Source of the DNA: Blastococcus sp.
GTDB lineage: Bacteria > Actinomycetota > Actinomycetes > Mycobacteriales > Geodermatophilaceae
Length of the DNA: 64,000 bases
Assembly (NCBI GenBank): GCA_035999465.1
Contig: DASYGS010000011.1
Coordinates: 14,521 to 78,520, forward strand
Reading direction: 5' to 3'
Each line of letters begins with the position of its first letter. The stretch's first letter is position 1. Below are positions 62,700-64,000 of this stretch, piece after piece. The notes under the pieces were generated by a model. The model saw only the letters and a list, made by a program, of their open reading frames with translations, ran no database searches and was not told the DNA's origin. The position numbers and the translations under genes were made by a program.

Positions 62700-64000
62700 G
62701 TGGTCGCGGCCACGCTCGACGTCCGGGTGTTAGGGCCGATCGAGGTGCTGCGCGGCGGAACCCGGCTTACGCTGGCCGGATCCCGGCAGCGCGCGGTCCT
62801 GGCCCGGCTGATCGTCGCCCGGGGCGCGGTGGTCCCGGCCGATCGGATCATCGAGGACGTCTGGGCCGGGGATCCGCCGCCGCACGCCCTGGGCGTCGTC
62901 CAGGCGCACATCTCCACGTTGCGGCGGCTTCTCGAGCCGGATCGGGCACCGCGGGCGCCGGCCGAGCTGCTCGTGACCCGGCCCCCGGGCTATGCGCTGC
63001 AGGCCGACAGCGACGCCGACGCCTTCACCCGACTGGTGACGCGGGGCATCGAACTGTCCACCGGCGACGACCCGTCGGCGGCCGGCCACCTACTGGACCA
63101 GGCACTCGGTCTGTGGCGCGGCGTCCCCTACGCGGACCTGAGCGATGAGGCCTGGCTTGCCCCGGAGATCGCCCGGCTCCGGGAGTTGCATCTGGCGGCC
63201 CGCGAGCAGCGACTCTTTCCACTGGTCGCCGACCACCGGGTGCACGCCGCAATCGCCGAACTCGAGGTGCTGGTCGGCGAGCACCCGCTGCGCGAAGGAT
63301 TGTGGCGCCTGCTCGCCCTCGCGCTCTACCGGACCGGACGCCAGGCCGACGCACTCGCCGCACTCCGGCACGCTCGCGAGGTGCTGGCCGAGGAGCTGGG
63401 GCTCGATCCGAGCCCGGCTCTGCGGGAGCTGGAGGCCGCGGTGCTCACCCAGTCACCGGACCTGCTGGCCGCCCCAGGTACGACCGCGACGCCGGGCGCG
63501 CCGACGGCCCGGGGGGCGTCCATGCCCGGCGCCGCCCGGTCCGTGCCATCAGGTGACCGCCCGTTGGGTGGGCCGGGCCCGTCGCCGCTGGTGGTCGGCC
63601 GAGAGGACACCCTGACCGTCCTGGCCCGGGCGGCTGCCGCGGCCGAGTCGGGCAACCCCGGCCTGGTGCTGCTCACCGGGGAACCGGGCATCGGGAAGAC
63701 CTGGCTGGCCCAGGCCCAGGCCGCGGCCTGCCGGGGGGCGGGCTGGACCGTGGTGTGGGGGCGATGCCACGAGGCGTCCGGAGCGCCGGCACTGTGGCCC
63801 TGGCTGCAGGTGCTCACCGAACTGGCCGACCGTTCCGCGCCTCCGCCGCCGCTGCAGCGGCTCCTGGACGCCGGGGGACCGGGTCTGCCGGAGCCGGGCG
63901 CGGAGGCGGCGGATGCCCGCTTCCAGCAGCATCACGCGATGGCCCGCTACCTGGCCGGCGTGGCGAACGCCGCCCCGTTGCTGGTCGTGCTCGACGACCT
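62700..64000 (+). CDS. AfsR/SARP-type regulator (OmpR-HTH, BTAD, AAA ATPase), runs off the window
   Basis: Manual translation VRVLGPIEV, RQRAVLARL, HPLREGLW, ALYRTGRQADAL, ELGLDPSP, GEPGIGKT, LVVLDD. Confidence 0.9.
   Translation, partial: MVAATLDVRVLGPIEVLRGGTRLTLAGSRQRAVLARLIVARGAVVPADRIIEDVWAGDPPPHALGVVQAHISTLRRLLEPDRAPRAPAELLVTRPPGYALQADSDADAFTRLVTRGIELSTGDDPSAAGHLLDQALGLWRGVPYADLSDEAWLAPEIARLRELHLAAREQRLFPLVADHRVHAAIAELEVLVGEHPLREGLWRLLALALYRTGRQADALAALRHAREVLAEELGLDPSPALRELEAAVLTQSPDLLAAPGTTATPGAPTARGASMPGAARSVPSGDRPLGGPGPSPLVVGREDTLTVLARAAAAAESGNPGLVLLTGEPGIGKTWLAQAQAAACRGAGWTVVWGRCHEASGAPALWPWLQVLTELADRSAPPPPLQRLLDAGGPGLPEPGAEAADARFQQHHAMARYLAGVANAAPLLVVLDD

Overview
High-GC actinobacterial chromosome segment, most likely Geodermatophilaceae (Blastococcus/Modestobacter/Geodermatophilus). 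That assignment is an inference from gene content and synteny. About 1-35 kb is mostly intact, core-like DNA. It carries eutBC, a cydA-cydB-cydDC(fused) operon divergent from a BlaI-type repressor/M56 protease pair with a tandem palindromic operator, csoR-copZ-copA, hsp20-MerR, and an uncharacterised GT4/methyltransferase/alpha-alpha-barrel cluster. It also carries DUF4192, an S9 peptidase, ideR, acuC-pat, sigB, dtd and a MocR/PNPOx pair. Two near-identical ~75-bp palindromic elements bracket the cyd-BlaI block and supply stop codons to neighbouring genes. About 35-64 kb is an accessory, decaying region. It contains two 'headless' deletion junctions (cupin/MmyB and ArsO/zwf), an arylsulfatase whose maturase seems reduced to a SEC-C stump, and two large SpoIIE partner-switching proteins. 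It also contains a DUF4397-sortase F-SigK-RskA-MpaB cassette, a broken PemIK-like TA pair, an abruptly truncated HhH-GPD gene that looks like an integration site, and a partial SARP regulator at the right edge. No rRNA, tRNA, CRISPR array, transposase or integrase was seen. Family names come from motif recognition, not database searches.
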